Origin: a virus | Virus record (IMG/VR): IMGVR_UViG_3300025018_000143 | Coordinates: 9,576-73,575 of that record | Strand: one strand, 5' to 3' | Length of the DNA stretch: 64,000 bases | In this document: piece after piece, positions 37,852 to 46,801 of the stretch | Layout: each line of letters opens with the position of its first letter | How positions within the stretch are numbered: position 1 is the first letter of the stretch | Notes under the pieces: generated by a model | Seen by the model: only the letters and a program-made list of their open reading frames with translations | Databases searched by the model: none | What the model was told of the DNA's origin: nothing | Translations under genes and position numbers: made by a program

Positions 37852-38037
37852 ATGAAATCAAGCTTTAAAAAAACAAATCATGGCGTTGTTATAAATACTA
37901 ATACTACTAGTCTAGTAGAGGCTAGAAAAAGAAAAAGAATACAGATGCAAAAGGAAAATCGTATAATTGAACTTGAGAAAAGAGTTCAATTTATCGAAGA
38001 GACCTTATCAAAAATACTTTCAAAGTTATCGGTATAA
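37852..38037 (+). CDS. small coiled-coil protein
   Basis: AGGAG RBS; typical position after the DUF4815-type gene. Confidence 0.65.
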   Translation: MKSSFKKTNHGVVINTNTTSLVEARKRKRIQMQKENRIIELEKRVQFIEETLSKILSKLSV

Positions 38038-38040
38038 TTT

Positions 38041-38718
38041 ATGGCAATAATTAATGTAACACTTAAAGATACATTTGATCAATGGCGGGTCAAATGTAAT
38101 GAGATTGCTGCTGGAGGAGGGGATTTATCCCTCCTCCAGACAACCATAAAAACCTCTTCTGTGGATGCCATAAATGAATTAAAATTAAGAACTGATGAAC
38201 AAGGTTCTTTAGTGGACCTTGATACCGATTATAAAATTGATATTGTTGGTTCTATTAATGAAGTCCACAGTGATACAAATCTTTTATTATCAAATGTAGG
38301 AGATTTAGTAGACCTTGATACCGATTATAAAATTGATCTTGTTGGTGCTATTAATGAAGTCCATGGAGACTTCAATCTTTTATCTCAAGATATAAACACA
38401 AGAGTTCCATATGCTCATGATTCATTGCAGGATCTAGGAAATGCTGGTACAAGCATTATTATTAATACAATTGATTATGACCAATGCATGTTTACAAGAG
38501 ATGCTAACACATTAGTTTTAGATGCTTCTGGATTGCCTGTCGGTAGGACATTTGAATTGATAATGACTAATGCTGTTGTAGGAACTATTACATGGCCTGT
38601 AGGTACCAGATGGCCAGGAACAATCCCAGAATTTGGATCAACAGGAACTGACAGAATTAGATTACAAAGAGTAAGTTCCTCTGTTATTCATGCTACTCTT
38701 ATCGGGTCAGATTATTAA
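38041..38718 (+). CDS. virion structural protein (fibritin/collar-like N-terminus)
   Basis: V...DTFDQWR.K.N; G.L..L.T..K...V.AINE repeats; 27-nt direct repeat GACCTTGATACCGATTATAAAATTGAT. Confidence 0.65.
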   Translation: MAIINVTLKDTFDQWRVKCNEIAAGGGDLSLLQTTIKTSSVDAINELKLRTDEQGSLVDLDTDYKIDIVGSINEVHSDTNLLLSNVGDLVDLDTDYKIDLVGAINEVHGDFNLLSQDINTRVPYAHDSLQDLGNAGTSIIINTIDYDQCMFTRDANTLVLDASGLPVGRTFELIMTNAVVGTITWPVGTRWPGTIPEFGSTGTDRIRLQRVSSSVIHATLIGSDY

Positions 38719-38730
38719 TAAGGAACATAT

Positions 38731-41574
38731 ATGGCTTTAATAGACATACCAACAAAAAATGTTGATGGCAATCTTACAGCTTTTGAATTCAATCAATTGA
38801 TTGAAGCCCTCAAAACTGCTATACGAGGAATTAATACATTAGATGTGCAAGCTAGCACTGGCACTTTTTCTGGTGAAGTTAATTTTTTAGGTAATGTCAG
38901 TATAGATGGTGAATCTGGTCCATTTTCTAAATTTTGGGAAGGTCAGAATATAATCTTTATTGGGAAGAATGGTGGAGCATATGACGGAGTTACTTACAAT
39001 GGCAAATCGCCTGATAAAGCATTAAACAGCTTCCAGAATGCTATTGACAATGTAGCAGCTATTATCGGAGAGCTGCCATCAAGCACAAAGCCAGTGGGCT
39101 TGTTTTGTATTGATGCAGGAATATATAATGAAAGCATAACAACAATGGATTATCTTTCTATTTTTGCGCCTATGGCTACATTAAAATTAGGCGGGGTGAG
39201 TAATTTACAGCTGGTTATTAAAAATTGTTATGTTTCTTTTGGTGAAATAACGAGAGAGACCGGCAATAATGATATGATTAATATGTCTGCAACCTCTGGT
39301 TGTTCACATATAGCTGTTGGCGATATCAATGATTATGGTTCTGGTACTGCTATTGCACAGACAAGTACAGAAGTGGCATATATTGATGCGAAAAGATTAG
39401 CGGTATTCGGTAGTGGTGTTGGTATATCGGATGATAGTGCATTGACTAGTCATATGCATATATGGTTGCATTCATTAGTTCTTGCCTCTAATAATGCTAT
39501 AGGTATTAAAAAAACAAGACCTGGTGCTTTATATGGATATGTTGATGGATTTTCATATAACGGATATATAGTTACTGGGACTACTGGTATTTTACAGACT
39601 GACGGCACAATAAGCATGAGTCTTATTGAATTAAAAGCAAATACAGCTATTGATGTGTCGAGTCCAGGTGTTTTGAATATATACGCAAATAGAATAACAG
39701 GAACACAGACTGGTACAGGAACAATTGATATAGTTACTCCTAGTATTATTTCAGATGCTATAGATGCTATAGCGAATAAAGAAGATTTTCTTGAATATCC
39801 TGCATCAAGCGGGCAAGTTTTATCGAGCCTCATTGATGGGACAAGGTCATGGATTACTGCTGGTAATATGTTAAAATCAGTATATGATCCAACCAATTTA
39901 CAATCGGATGCATTCAATCATGAAAATCATCATGGTGATTTTATTGATATTGATATTGATACGCCAACACCTTCATACACTGAAGGTAGATTATCATGGA
40001 ATGATGAAGATAACACATTAAATATTGCCACAGGTTTAAACGGTTCAGTATTACAAGTTGGACAGGAATCAGTAAGAAAAATATATAATAATACAGGTGG
40101 TGTTTTAGATAATGGTAGAGTAGTTCATTATCTGTCAGAGCAAACAAACGGACACCCTCATGCTGAATATGCTATTGCTAACACATACGAAACACTTCTA
40201 GGTTCTCTTTCTGTAGTAACAGGCGATATCTCACCAGGTGAGTATGGATTTTCAACATTTTTTGGTAAGGTTAGAGGTCTAAACACTTCTGGATTAAGCA
40301 CCGGGGTAGTTTATCTTTCAGACACAACACCAGGCGCTTTGACAAACACTCCTCCTGATTTTCCTTCTTACAGAATGTATATGGGAGCAGTAATAATTTC
40401 AGACAGTGTTAATGGTGAAATTGTTGTCTCGCCACAAAGCCATGTGAATGATTCTTTTGTTAATAGCTGGAATGGCAGTATAAGGGAATCAATTGACTTT
40501 AGGGTAACCAGCAACGGAACAGTAATTACTGGTTCTATGGAAAGATCAGGAGGTGGTGATGTTACATTAATGTTTAGTACTGGATTATATCTTCTTGATA
40601 CTACTCCAGCACTGACAATTACTCTTACTCCTGGTACCGTTTCAATACCAGTAAAGAATTATGTGTATATTCCTGAATCAACAAAAGTACTCACTTCTTC
40701 AACAGTCGATTGGCCTGCAGGCGAGCATATTAGAGTTGCTGAATGTGTACTACAAAGTGCATCATACACAAATCTTTATGGAGCCTTTTCAAACAGAAAC
40801 TGGAATGATCATATTCAAAGCACTGATGGCATAGGCGATCTAATTCATATTTCACAATGGATACGAAATCAATCAGCAACTTGGCTTTCTGGTGTACAAG
40901 GCATTGTTACTGTGGTAAATCCAACATCATTATATTTCTCTTGCACATCAGGTAAGGTATACCAAAAACACCCACAAACCTTTAATGCTGCTAATCAACA
41001 AACAGGGAAGCCTCTTTTTACTGTCAATGATTCTGTAACACCATATAGTATTTGCACTAATTTAACACAAAAATTAACTGATGCCAATGGCGTTTCAATG
41101 GCTACAAGATTTTACAATCTTGTAATTTGGGGAGTAAATAATAAATCAGGTGAACAAAATCAGATTATGATGAATCTGCCGAATGGTTCATATGGCACAT
41201 TAGCTGATGCAATCAATGATGTTTCAAATTATGATGTATACACAATACCCACAATGTTCAAAGGGACTGGATTCTTAATTGCTAGATTTACTCTTAAACA
41301 TGCAAATCCATCAACATGGACTCTTGAGAATACTACTGATCTCCGTGGGATACAAAGTAATGCTGCAGGAGGTGGTGTTGGCTCTGGAGGTGCCACATTA
41401 TTCACTAGCTTAACAGACACACCAGCATCATATGTTGGTAAAGCTGGTGATGTACCAGTTGTAAATGGAACAGAAACTGGTCTTGAATTTCTTGCAGGAG
41501 TTAATGGATCTTTCACTACTGCTGATGCAAAAACTGTCACAGTAACAAATGGCATTATAACAAGCATAGTGTAA
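38731..41574 (+). CDS. tail fibre / tailspike-like structural protein
   Basis: G/T/S-rich beta content; FTSLTDTPASY.GK motif; C-terminal KTVTVTNGIITSI. Confidence 0.65.
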   Translation: MALIDIPTKNVDGNLTAFEFNQLIEALKTAIRGINTLDVQASTGTFSGEVNFLGNVSIDGESGPFSKFWEGQNIIFIGKNGGAYDGVTYNGKSPDKALNSFQNAIDNVAAIIGELPSSTKPVGLFCIDAGIYNESITTMDYLSIFAPMATLKLGGVSNLQLVIKNCYVSFGEITRETGNNDMINMSATSGCSHIAVGDINDYGSGTAIAQTSTEVAYIDAKRLAVFGSGVGISDDSALTSHMHIWLHSLVLASNNAIGIKKTRPGALYGYVDGFSYNGYIVTGTTGILQTDGTISMSLIELKANTAIDVSSPGVLNIYANRITGTQTGTGTIDIVTPSIISDAIDAIANKEDFLEYPASSGQVLSSLIDGTRSWITAGNMLKSVYDPTNLQSDAFNHENHHGDFIDIDIDTPTPSYTEGRLSWNDEDNTLNIATGLNGSVLQVGQESVRKIYNNTGGVLDNGRVVHYLSEQTNGHPHAEYAIANTYETLLGSLSVVTGDISPGEYGFSTFFGKVRGLNTSGLSTGVVYLSDTTPGALTNTPPDFPSYRMYMGAVIISDSVNGEIVVSPQSHVNDSFVNSWNGSIRESIDFRVTSNGTVITGSMERSGGGDVTLMFSTGLYLLDTTPALTITLTPGTVSIPVKNYVYIPESTKVLTSSTVDWPAGEHIRVAECVLQSASYTNLYGAFSNRNWNDHIQSTDGIGDLIHISQWIRNQSATWLSGVQGIVTVVNPTSLYFSCTSGKVYQKHPQTFNAANQQTGKPLFTVNDSVTPYSICTNLTQKLTDANGVSMATRFYNLVIWGVNNKSGEQNQIMMNLPNGSYGTLADAINDVSNYDVYTIPTMFKGTGFLIARFTLKHANPSTWTLENTTDLRGIQSNAAGGGVGSGGATLFTSLTDTPASYVGKAGDVPVVNGTETGLEFLAGVNGSFTTADAKTVTVTNGIITSIV

Positions 41575-41578
41575 TGAT

Positions 41579-42121
41579 ATGAATAAACCATCAAAAGATA
41601 ATATTAAGGAACCTATACTTTCTCCTATTAAACAAAAATATGATGATAAAAGTATAATCAAAAAAATTATAGCCTGGAGAACCCATAATAGACATTTTCA
41701 ATTTATAGAAGATTATATTGTATGGGTTGAGTCTATTCAATTATGGGTTAAAATTCCTGCAGGTTTTTTGTTTGATGGCGCCTCCATACCTAAATTATTA
41801 CAATCAGTGACCAGTGCAATTGATTCTCTTTTTTATGGCAGTATTCTTCATGATTTCATTTACAGAACAGGTCAATTAATAGTATGCAATGATGCAAATT
41901 ATGGTTGTTGGCATTTAAAAGATTTTAAAAAAGATGAAGCTGATAGTATAATGGCTGCCTTTTCCGATCAAATGGAAGGGGTTACTACTCCTAGTATAAT
42001 TGTAAAGAATATGTTAGGTGTTTTCGGGTGGGTAGCCTGGGGGAATGCAAGAAAAAGAAATATGCGTATCACCACTCCGTATCCTCCTTTTAATGATAAA
42101 ACATTAAACTACTATAATTAA
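41579..42121 (+). CDS. DUF1353-like protein
   Basis: IPAGF.FDGASIP, ILHDF.Y, EAD.I, FGW.AW. Confidence 0.8.
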   Translation: MNKPSKDNIKEPILSPIKQKYDDKSIIKKIIAWRTHNRHFQFIEDYIVWVESIQLWVKIPAGFLFDGASIPKLLQSVTSAIDSLFYGSILHDFIYRTGQLIVCNDANYGCWHLKDFKKDEADSIMAAFSDQMEGVTTPSIIVKNMLGVFGWVAWGNARKRNMRITTPYPPFNDKTLNYYN

Positions 42122-42127
42122 AAAGAT

Positions 42128-42886
42128 ATGAATCCTACATCCAAAGCCACTTTTATTACATATTGTTTACAATCTCTAGGCTCACCAGTCATTGATATCA
42201 ATGTTGCTACTGAACAAATCGATGACCGTGTTGATGAAGCCCTACAGTTATTTCAATTATTCCATATGAGTTCAGTAGATAGAATGATACTAACTCATAC
42301 AATAACACAAACAGATATTGATAACGGGTATCTCACAATTCCTGAGCCTGTAATGTCAATAACAAAAGTATTCTGGGATGGTAACGGTACGATCATAGGC
42401 GACTTTGCTTCTGGTTTGTGGCAATATCAAGCAGATGTTTTTGGTAAGTTAGGATTTACTTCTTCAGGAGGTTCATCCAATACATTAACTGATTATGTTA
42501 TTTCTATGCAAAATTTGTCAAATATAAATTATGTTCTTGGGAATAATCCAACAATAGAATACTCACAGCACTCGAACCGTCTTTTTATTCATGATGATTT
42601 GACCCTTCTTAAAATTGATCAAGTGCTCGCTTACGAGGCTTTTGTTATAATTGATCCAGTAGTATACACAGACATTTGGAATGATGTATGGCTCAAGGAT
42701 TATGCAACGGCGTTGATTGGAAGACAGTGGGGTGAAAATCTCAGTAAATTTCAACAAGTAGAATTGCCAGGTGGAATGATACTGAATGGAGATTCAATAT
42801 ATGATAGGTATAATGAGCGTGTAAAGGACCTTAAGGACGATCTTGATAATCGTTACTCATTCCCTGCAGATTTTATGATAGGATAA
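42128..42886 (+). CDS. gp13: neck protein gp13
   Basis: YCL..LG.PVI.INV..EQ..D...EAL, WLKDYATAL...QWG.NL.KF...LPGG..LNG. Confidence 0.93.
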   Translation: MNPTSKATFITYCLQSLGSPVIDINVATEQIDDRVDEALQLFQLFHMSSVDRMILTHTITQTDIDNGYLTIPEPVMSITKVFWDGNGTIIGDFASGLWQYQADVFGKLGFTSSGGSSNTLTDYVISMQNLSNINYVLGNNPTIEYSQHSNRLFIHDDLTLLKIDQVLAYEAFVIIDPVVYTDIWNDVWLKDYATALIGRQWGENLSKFQQVELPGGMILNGDSIYDRYNERVKDLKDDLDNRYSFPADFMIG

Positions 42887-42890
42887 TAAA

Positions 42891-43511
42891 ATGACTATAA
42901 GTCAATATTTTCGACATATAACAGCTTCTAATGAACAGAAACTAGTTAATGATCTTACCATCGAATGCATACAGATGAAAGGTCTTAATATGAAATATGT
43001 TCCTAGAGATTCAACAAATTTAGACAATCTATTTGGAGAAGATAATCAAAGCACATTTACTGCTGCTGTTGAATTAGAAATGTATTTCAATGAGATGACT
43101 GGATTTGGTGGAGAGTCCGATATATTCTCTAGGTTTGGTCTAAACATTAATGATGAAGGAACATTCATCATTTCTTACTCAAGGTTTAAGGATGTTGTTA
43201 CTGCCGCCTATCCTTTAATCAATAGACCAAGAGAAGGTGATTTGATCTACTTTGATTTACCGACCTCTGTATTTGAGATTGCATGGGTAGAAGATGAAAA
43301 ACCATTTTATCAAAATGGTATATTAACTATCTGGACATGCCATTGTAAGAAATTTGAATACAATCATGATATCATGGAATCAGGTGTTGATAATGTGGAT
43401 GATATTGTTCTTGATCCTGTAAGAACAGCTGATAATGATGATATTCAAACAGAAAGTGATACTTTTGTTAATTTTGATGAAAATGATCCATTCAGCGATA
43501 ACTCTTATTAA
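42891..43511 (+). CDS. gp14: neck protein gp14
   Basis: EQ.L..DL..E.I...G....Y.PR, FGE, RPREGDLIY, FEI..VE...PFYQ. Confidence 0.93.
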   Translation: MTISQYFRHITASNEQKLVNDLTIECIQMKGLNMKYVPRDSTNLDNLFGEDNQSTFTAAVELEMYFNEMTGFGGESDIFSRFGLNINDEGTFIISYSRFKDVVTAAYPLINRPREGDLIYFDLPTSVFEIAWVEDEKPFYQNGILTIWTCHCKKFEYNHDIMESGVDNVDDIVLDPVRTADNDDIQTESDTFVNFDENDPFSDNSY

Positions 43512-43519
43512 GGAACAAT

Positions 43520-44299
43520 ATGGCAATTACAGATTTTTATTCTCATGGGACAATAAGGCGATGTGTAACAGCATTCGCCACATTGTTTAATGGGTATAAA
43601 GTAAGAAAAACAGACGGAACTTTGGTTATGGTTCCGTTGAGATGGTCATCAAAGCAAAAATGGCATACAAAATATCAAGAGGATAATACCGGAGCTCCAA
43701 ATACTTTTGTGTCGATTACATGGCCTAGAATGGGATTCACTATAGCCAATATATCATATAATTTTGAGAGAAAGGTTTCTAGTTTAAATAAAATTTCTGC
43801 TGCAAATACTTTAGATGCAGGGAGTATGCTTAGAACTTATTCAGCGGCTCCATATACAATCGATTTTGATTTGTTTATTGGTACAAGGACTATTGATGAA
43901 GGGTTACAATTGATTGAGCAGATCATTCCTTTCTTTACACCATCGTTTAATATTACGATTTCAGAGCTTGATACTCTAGGATTGGAACGTGATGTGCCTA
44001 TACGATTAAACAGTGTACAACCTAATCTTGATATAGAAGGTATGTTTGATGGTGATGATGTAAAATTATGGGATTTGAGCTTCTCAATGGAAGTCAACCT
44101 ATATAAGAATATTAAGAGTGAAAAAATAATCAAGAAGATAATAGTTGATACTTATCCTTCCACTGATGTGACAGAAGAAACTATTAAATTTAGAACAAAA
44201 TATACTGTTGATCCAGAGACAGCATTTATAACTGATGAGTATTCCATATTAGAAGAAATTGGATATGTGTCATATGATACACCAAAATTACCAGCTTAG
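43520..44299 (+). CDS. gp15: tail sheath stabiliser / terminator gp15
   Basis: IRR.V.AF.TLFN, VPL, PRM.F, Q.IEQI.P.F.P.F, DVPI.L. Confidence 0.92.
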   Translation: MAITDFYSHGTIRRCVTAFATLFNGYKVRKTDGTLVMVPLRWSSKQKWHTKYQEDNTGAPNTFVSITWPRMGFTIANISYNFERKVSSLNKISAANTLDAGSMLRTYSAAPYTIDFDLFIGTRTIDEGLQLIEQIIPFFTPSFNITISELDTLGLERDVPIRLNSVQPNLDIEGMFDGDDVKLWDLSFSMEVNLYKNIKSEKIIKKIIVDTYPSTDVTEETIKFRTKYTVDPETAFITDEYSILEEIGYVSYDTPKLPA

Positions 44300-44312
44300 A
44301 ATGTGATAATAT

Positions 44313-44352
44313 AAAAAGGAAAGAGGAGACAAAAAATCTCCTCTTTCCTTTT
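44313..44352. terminator. bidirectional rho-independent terminator
   Basis: AAAAGGAAAGAGGAGA-loop-TCTCCTCTTTCCTTTT. Confidence 0.85.
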
Positions 44353-44376
44353 GGTTTTATGAGAAGGATCTAATGC

Positions 44377-44672
44377 GAGGACTCTGAAGGAGTCCTCCAG
44401 GTTCGGAGAACCTGCACTCTCAGCCTTCTAAATGTATTAAGAACAAAGCCATAAGGAAATCCTCTTCATGTTTCTATACATGAAGAGGATAATTATGCCT
44501 AAGTACTTTTAATCTGACCATGTACTTAATGTATTATAATAACATAAAAATCATATTTAATTTATTTTTATGCTGTTATAATACATTAAATTCTTAATGT
44601 GTATTAAGATGTCTTAATGCTTCATTCACTCCGTGAATGATGTTCATGATTATGCTCCGCATAATCATTCAC
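44377..44672. repeat. dense array of inverted repeats
   Basis: Stems at 44377-97, 44398-414, 44459-90, 44528-87, 44601-20, 44622-40 and 44646-68. Confidence 0.85.
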
Positions 44673-44699
44673 GCATTTAATTTTTTATTCTTTATATTA

Positions 44700-45421
44700 A
44701 ATTCTTCATTATTATTTACTCAGCCATGGTTTACCCTTTAGCTTGATTTAATTGTTTATAGTAGAGATGAAATCTAAAAAAAGAGGTTATTTTCAGCTAT
44801 ATTTTTTTAGCAAAACACAGCGAGAATCCCTTTGTAGTGTTTAAGTGACACAATACTTTATATTCTCTTCTTTTTTTATTGCCCGTCAGACTGGTCAATT
44901 AGTTTCCTAATTGCATCAAGCGTTCCATTTCCGGAACAAACCAGCTCGATCGGTGGCATCGGAGGTTGAAGCGACCTGTTTCAATGTGTTACAATTTCAG
45001 AACACATATCAGCTGTACCACCATCTCTACATCAACTTAGGCTTTCTACATTCATGGAACTGTACTTTTTGTATTTCTACGTTTTTCTAATCCAGATGAA
45101 TGGAGCGGTTAGAATCTACAGCAAGAGGACTAGCATCTGGGAAGTCAGTATCCACCCATCTGGGCTTAGTTATCTCCAAATCCTCGGAACATATTTGATG
45201 CTAGTCATTATCTGTATAAAGCAGTCTTATTCAAAATATAATTCTAAATCACTCCGCAAGTCACTAAAGTTTTCGTCTGGTCATTACTTGTTAAGATAAA
45301 TATTACCATATGCTTTTTTCAGATATTTATCCAAGCACCAGAGAGAATAACAATTTCAGGCATTCTGTTACCAAATGCTTCCCCTTACTTTTGTTATCCT
45401 GACTACATCTTTTCAATCTAC
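44700..45421 (-). ncRNA. candidate large structured non-coding RNA (boundaries approximate)
   Basis: Late promoter TATAAATA on - at 45427-45434; long-range helices; three GNRA-capped hairpins on the minus strand; no credible ORF. Confidence 0.55.
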
Positions 45422-45445
45422 ATATCTATTTATACAACTCAAAAA

Positions 45446-45682
45446 TTACTTCTTTGTTCTGCTTGCCCTGATATTTGGATTTTCCAAATATTTGTTTAAA
45501 CAAGGGTCACATATTTCAACATGAGTAATATTAAATCTTTTTGTTCCTTCAAGACCAAGAAAAAATACTCTGGCGTACATGCCTTCATACATTTTCCCAC
45601 ATTCACAGCATTTTTTATACCCTAACTTTCTTAATGCTTTTTGTGCTTTGCTTTGTTTTCCAGCATTTCTCGATTGGTTCAT
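45446..45682 (-). CDS. small zinc-finger protein
   Basis: CCEC...CDPC; early island. Confidence 0.65.
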   Translation of the reverse strand: MNQSRNAGKQSKAQKALRKLGYKKCCECGKMYEGMYARVFFLGLEGTKRFNITHVEICDPCLNKYLENPNIRASRTKK

Positions 45683-45699
45683 ATTACCTTCAATATTAA

Positions 45700-45952
45700 T
45701 TATTTTCTGCCTGTAAATTTACACATTTGATTTTCTTCTGTCCATTTAGGACTGATTTCGATAATTTCATCAGGCTTTGACCAATCAATAATTGAATCCA
45801 ATTGGTTTTTGATTGAAGCTGATAAATTCTGAGCTTCAATTTTACCTAATTCAGCATAAGGTCCATATTTCTTATCAAAAGGAGCCTCACCTTTCAATTG
45901 AAATTGAACACTAGGCCTCTTCCAAATCTTTACTTCCCTTGATATAATCATA
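45700..45952 (-). CDS. hypothetical protein
   Basis: Probable start MIISREV after GAGA; early island; start uncertain. Confidence 0.55.
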
Positions 45953-45961
45953 TTTATCTCA

Positions 45962-46195
45962 TTAATTTTTGCATTCCTGAAAAGTCCAATCATAGAAATC
46001 ATCAATTGAACACACTTTCCTTACTGGAATTCTCTCAAATCTGTAAACAGAACAAAGAACTTTATCCAAGCCTAACTCTCTGACTGCTTTCTCTACTCGA
46101 CTTAAGTCATTCATTTCTGGCACATGCATACCACAACAGAAACCAATGATCTTCCAATTTCTGTTTTCATCTTCATAAATGTCAACTGATATCAT
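45962..46195 (-). CDS. hypothetical early protein
   Basis: GAGGAG RBS after two early promoters. Confidence 0.7.
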   Translation of the reverse strand: MISVDIYEDENRNWKIIGFCCGMHVPEMNDLSRVEKAVRELGLDKVLCSVYRFERIPVRKVCSIDDFYDWTFQECKN

Positions 46196-46242
46196 AATTT
46201 TCTCCTCAAGATTTAATTTGTACTCTCATTTTCTTATAGTAT

Positions 46243-46347
46243 ATTATAACATCTAATATATCCTTTGTCAAGTATTTTTTAATTTATTTTTTCTTTTTTC
46301 TTCATTCTTTATATAGAGATTATAACATTAAAAATTCCTGGTGTCAA
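46243..46347 (-). promoter_or_regulatory. two tandem sigma70-type early promoters
   Basis: TTGACA-N17-TATAAT on - at 46271-46243 and 46347-46319. Confidence 0.85.
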
Positions 46348-46375
46348 GTATTTTTCTTGTGTTTTTTTTCATTTT

Positions 46376-46383
46376 TATAAATA
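46376..46383 (+). promoter_or_regulatory. late promoter for the terminase operon
   Basis: TATAAATA. Confidence 0.75.
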
Positions 46384-46414
46384 TATAGAGAATATTTATA
46401 TACAGGAGGATATT

Positions 46415-46801
46415 ATGGAAAACCAAGAATTGTTAATACCTGAATCAATAGGGATGGATGTTGCTAAATATAATGACATCGATCAAGATGCCTTTGATGA
46501 TATTGAAGAGGTACGACAAAATTACAAAACACTTTTAGAAAAGGGTAATGATGCCCTGGACACAGCAGCTTCAATTATTGAATCATCCGAGCATCCACGT
46601 GCTATTGAAGTTTTTTCTGGTTTGATATCAAATCTTGCTAATGTGAACAAGCAATTAATCGAACTTCACAAATCCAAAAAAGAGCTTCGTGAAGCCAGAA
46701 AAATGAATGATGACCAAAGCAACGGGAATAACATTCAAAACAACATGTTCATTGGGTCTCCAAAAGATTTGCTTGATATGCTAATGGCTAATAATGGATA
46801 A
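46415..46801 (+). CDS. gp16: terminase small subunit gp16
   Basis: R.N...L...G..AL, SEHPRA.EV, NN.FIGS..DL. Confidence 0.92.
   Translation: MENQELLIPESIGMDVAKYNDIDQDAFDDIEEVRQNYKTLLEKGNDALDTAASIIESSEHPRAIEVFSGLISNLANVNKQLIELHKSKKELREARKMNDDQSNGNNIQNNMFIGSPKDLLDMLMANNG

Noticed and set aside
45054-45299. 81-aa ORF on +
   Set aside because: No RBS, atypical composition, and antisense to a promoter-driven structured region.
44700-45430. Group I intron, RNase P RNA or tmRNA identity for the structured region
   Set aside because: No interrupted gene flanks it. GACTAG/CTAGTC is a plain helix without the other group I core elements. No RNase P P4 motif or tRNA-like ends.
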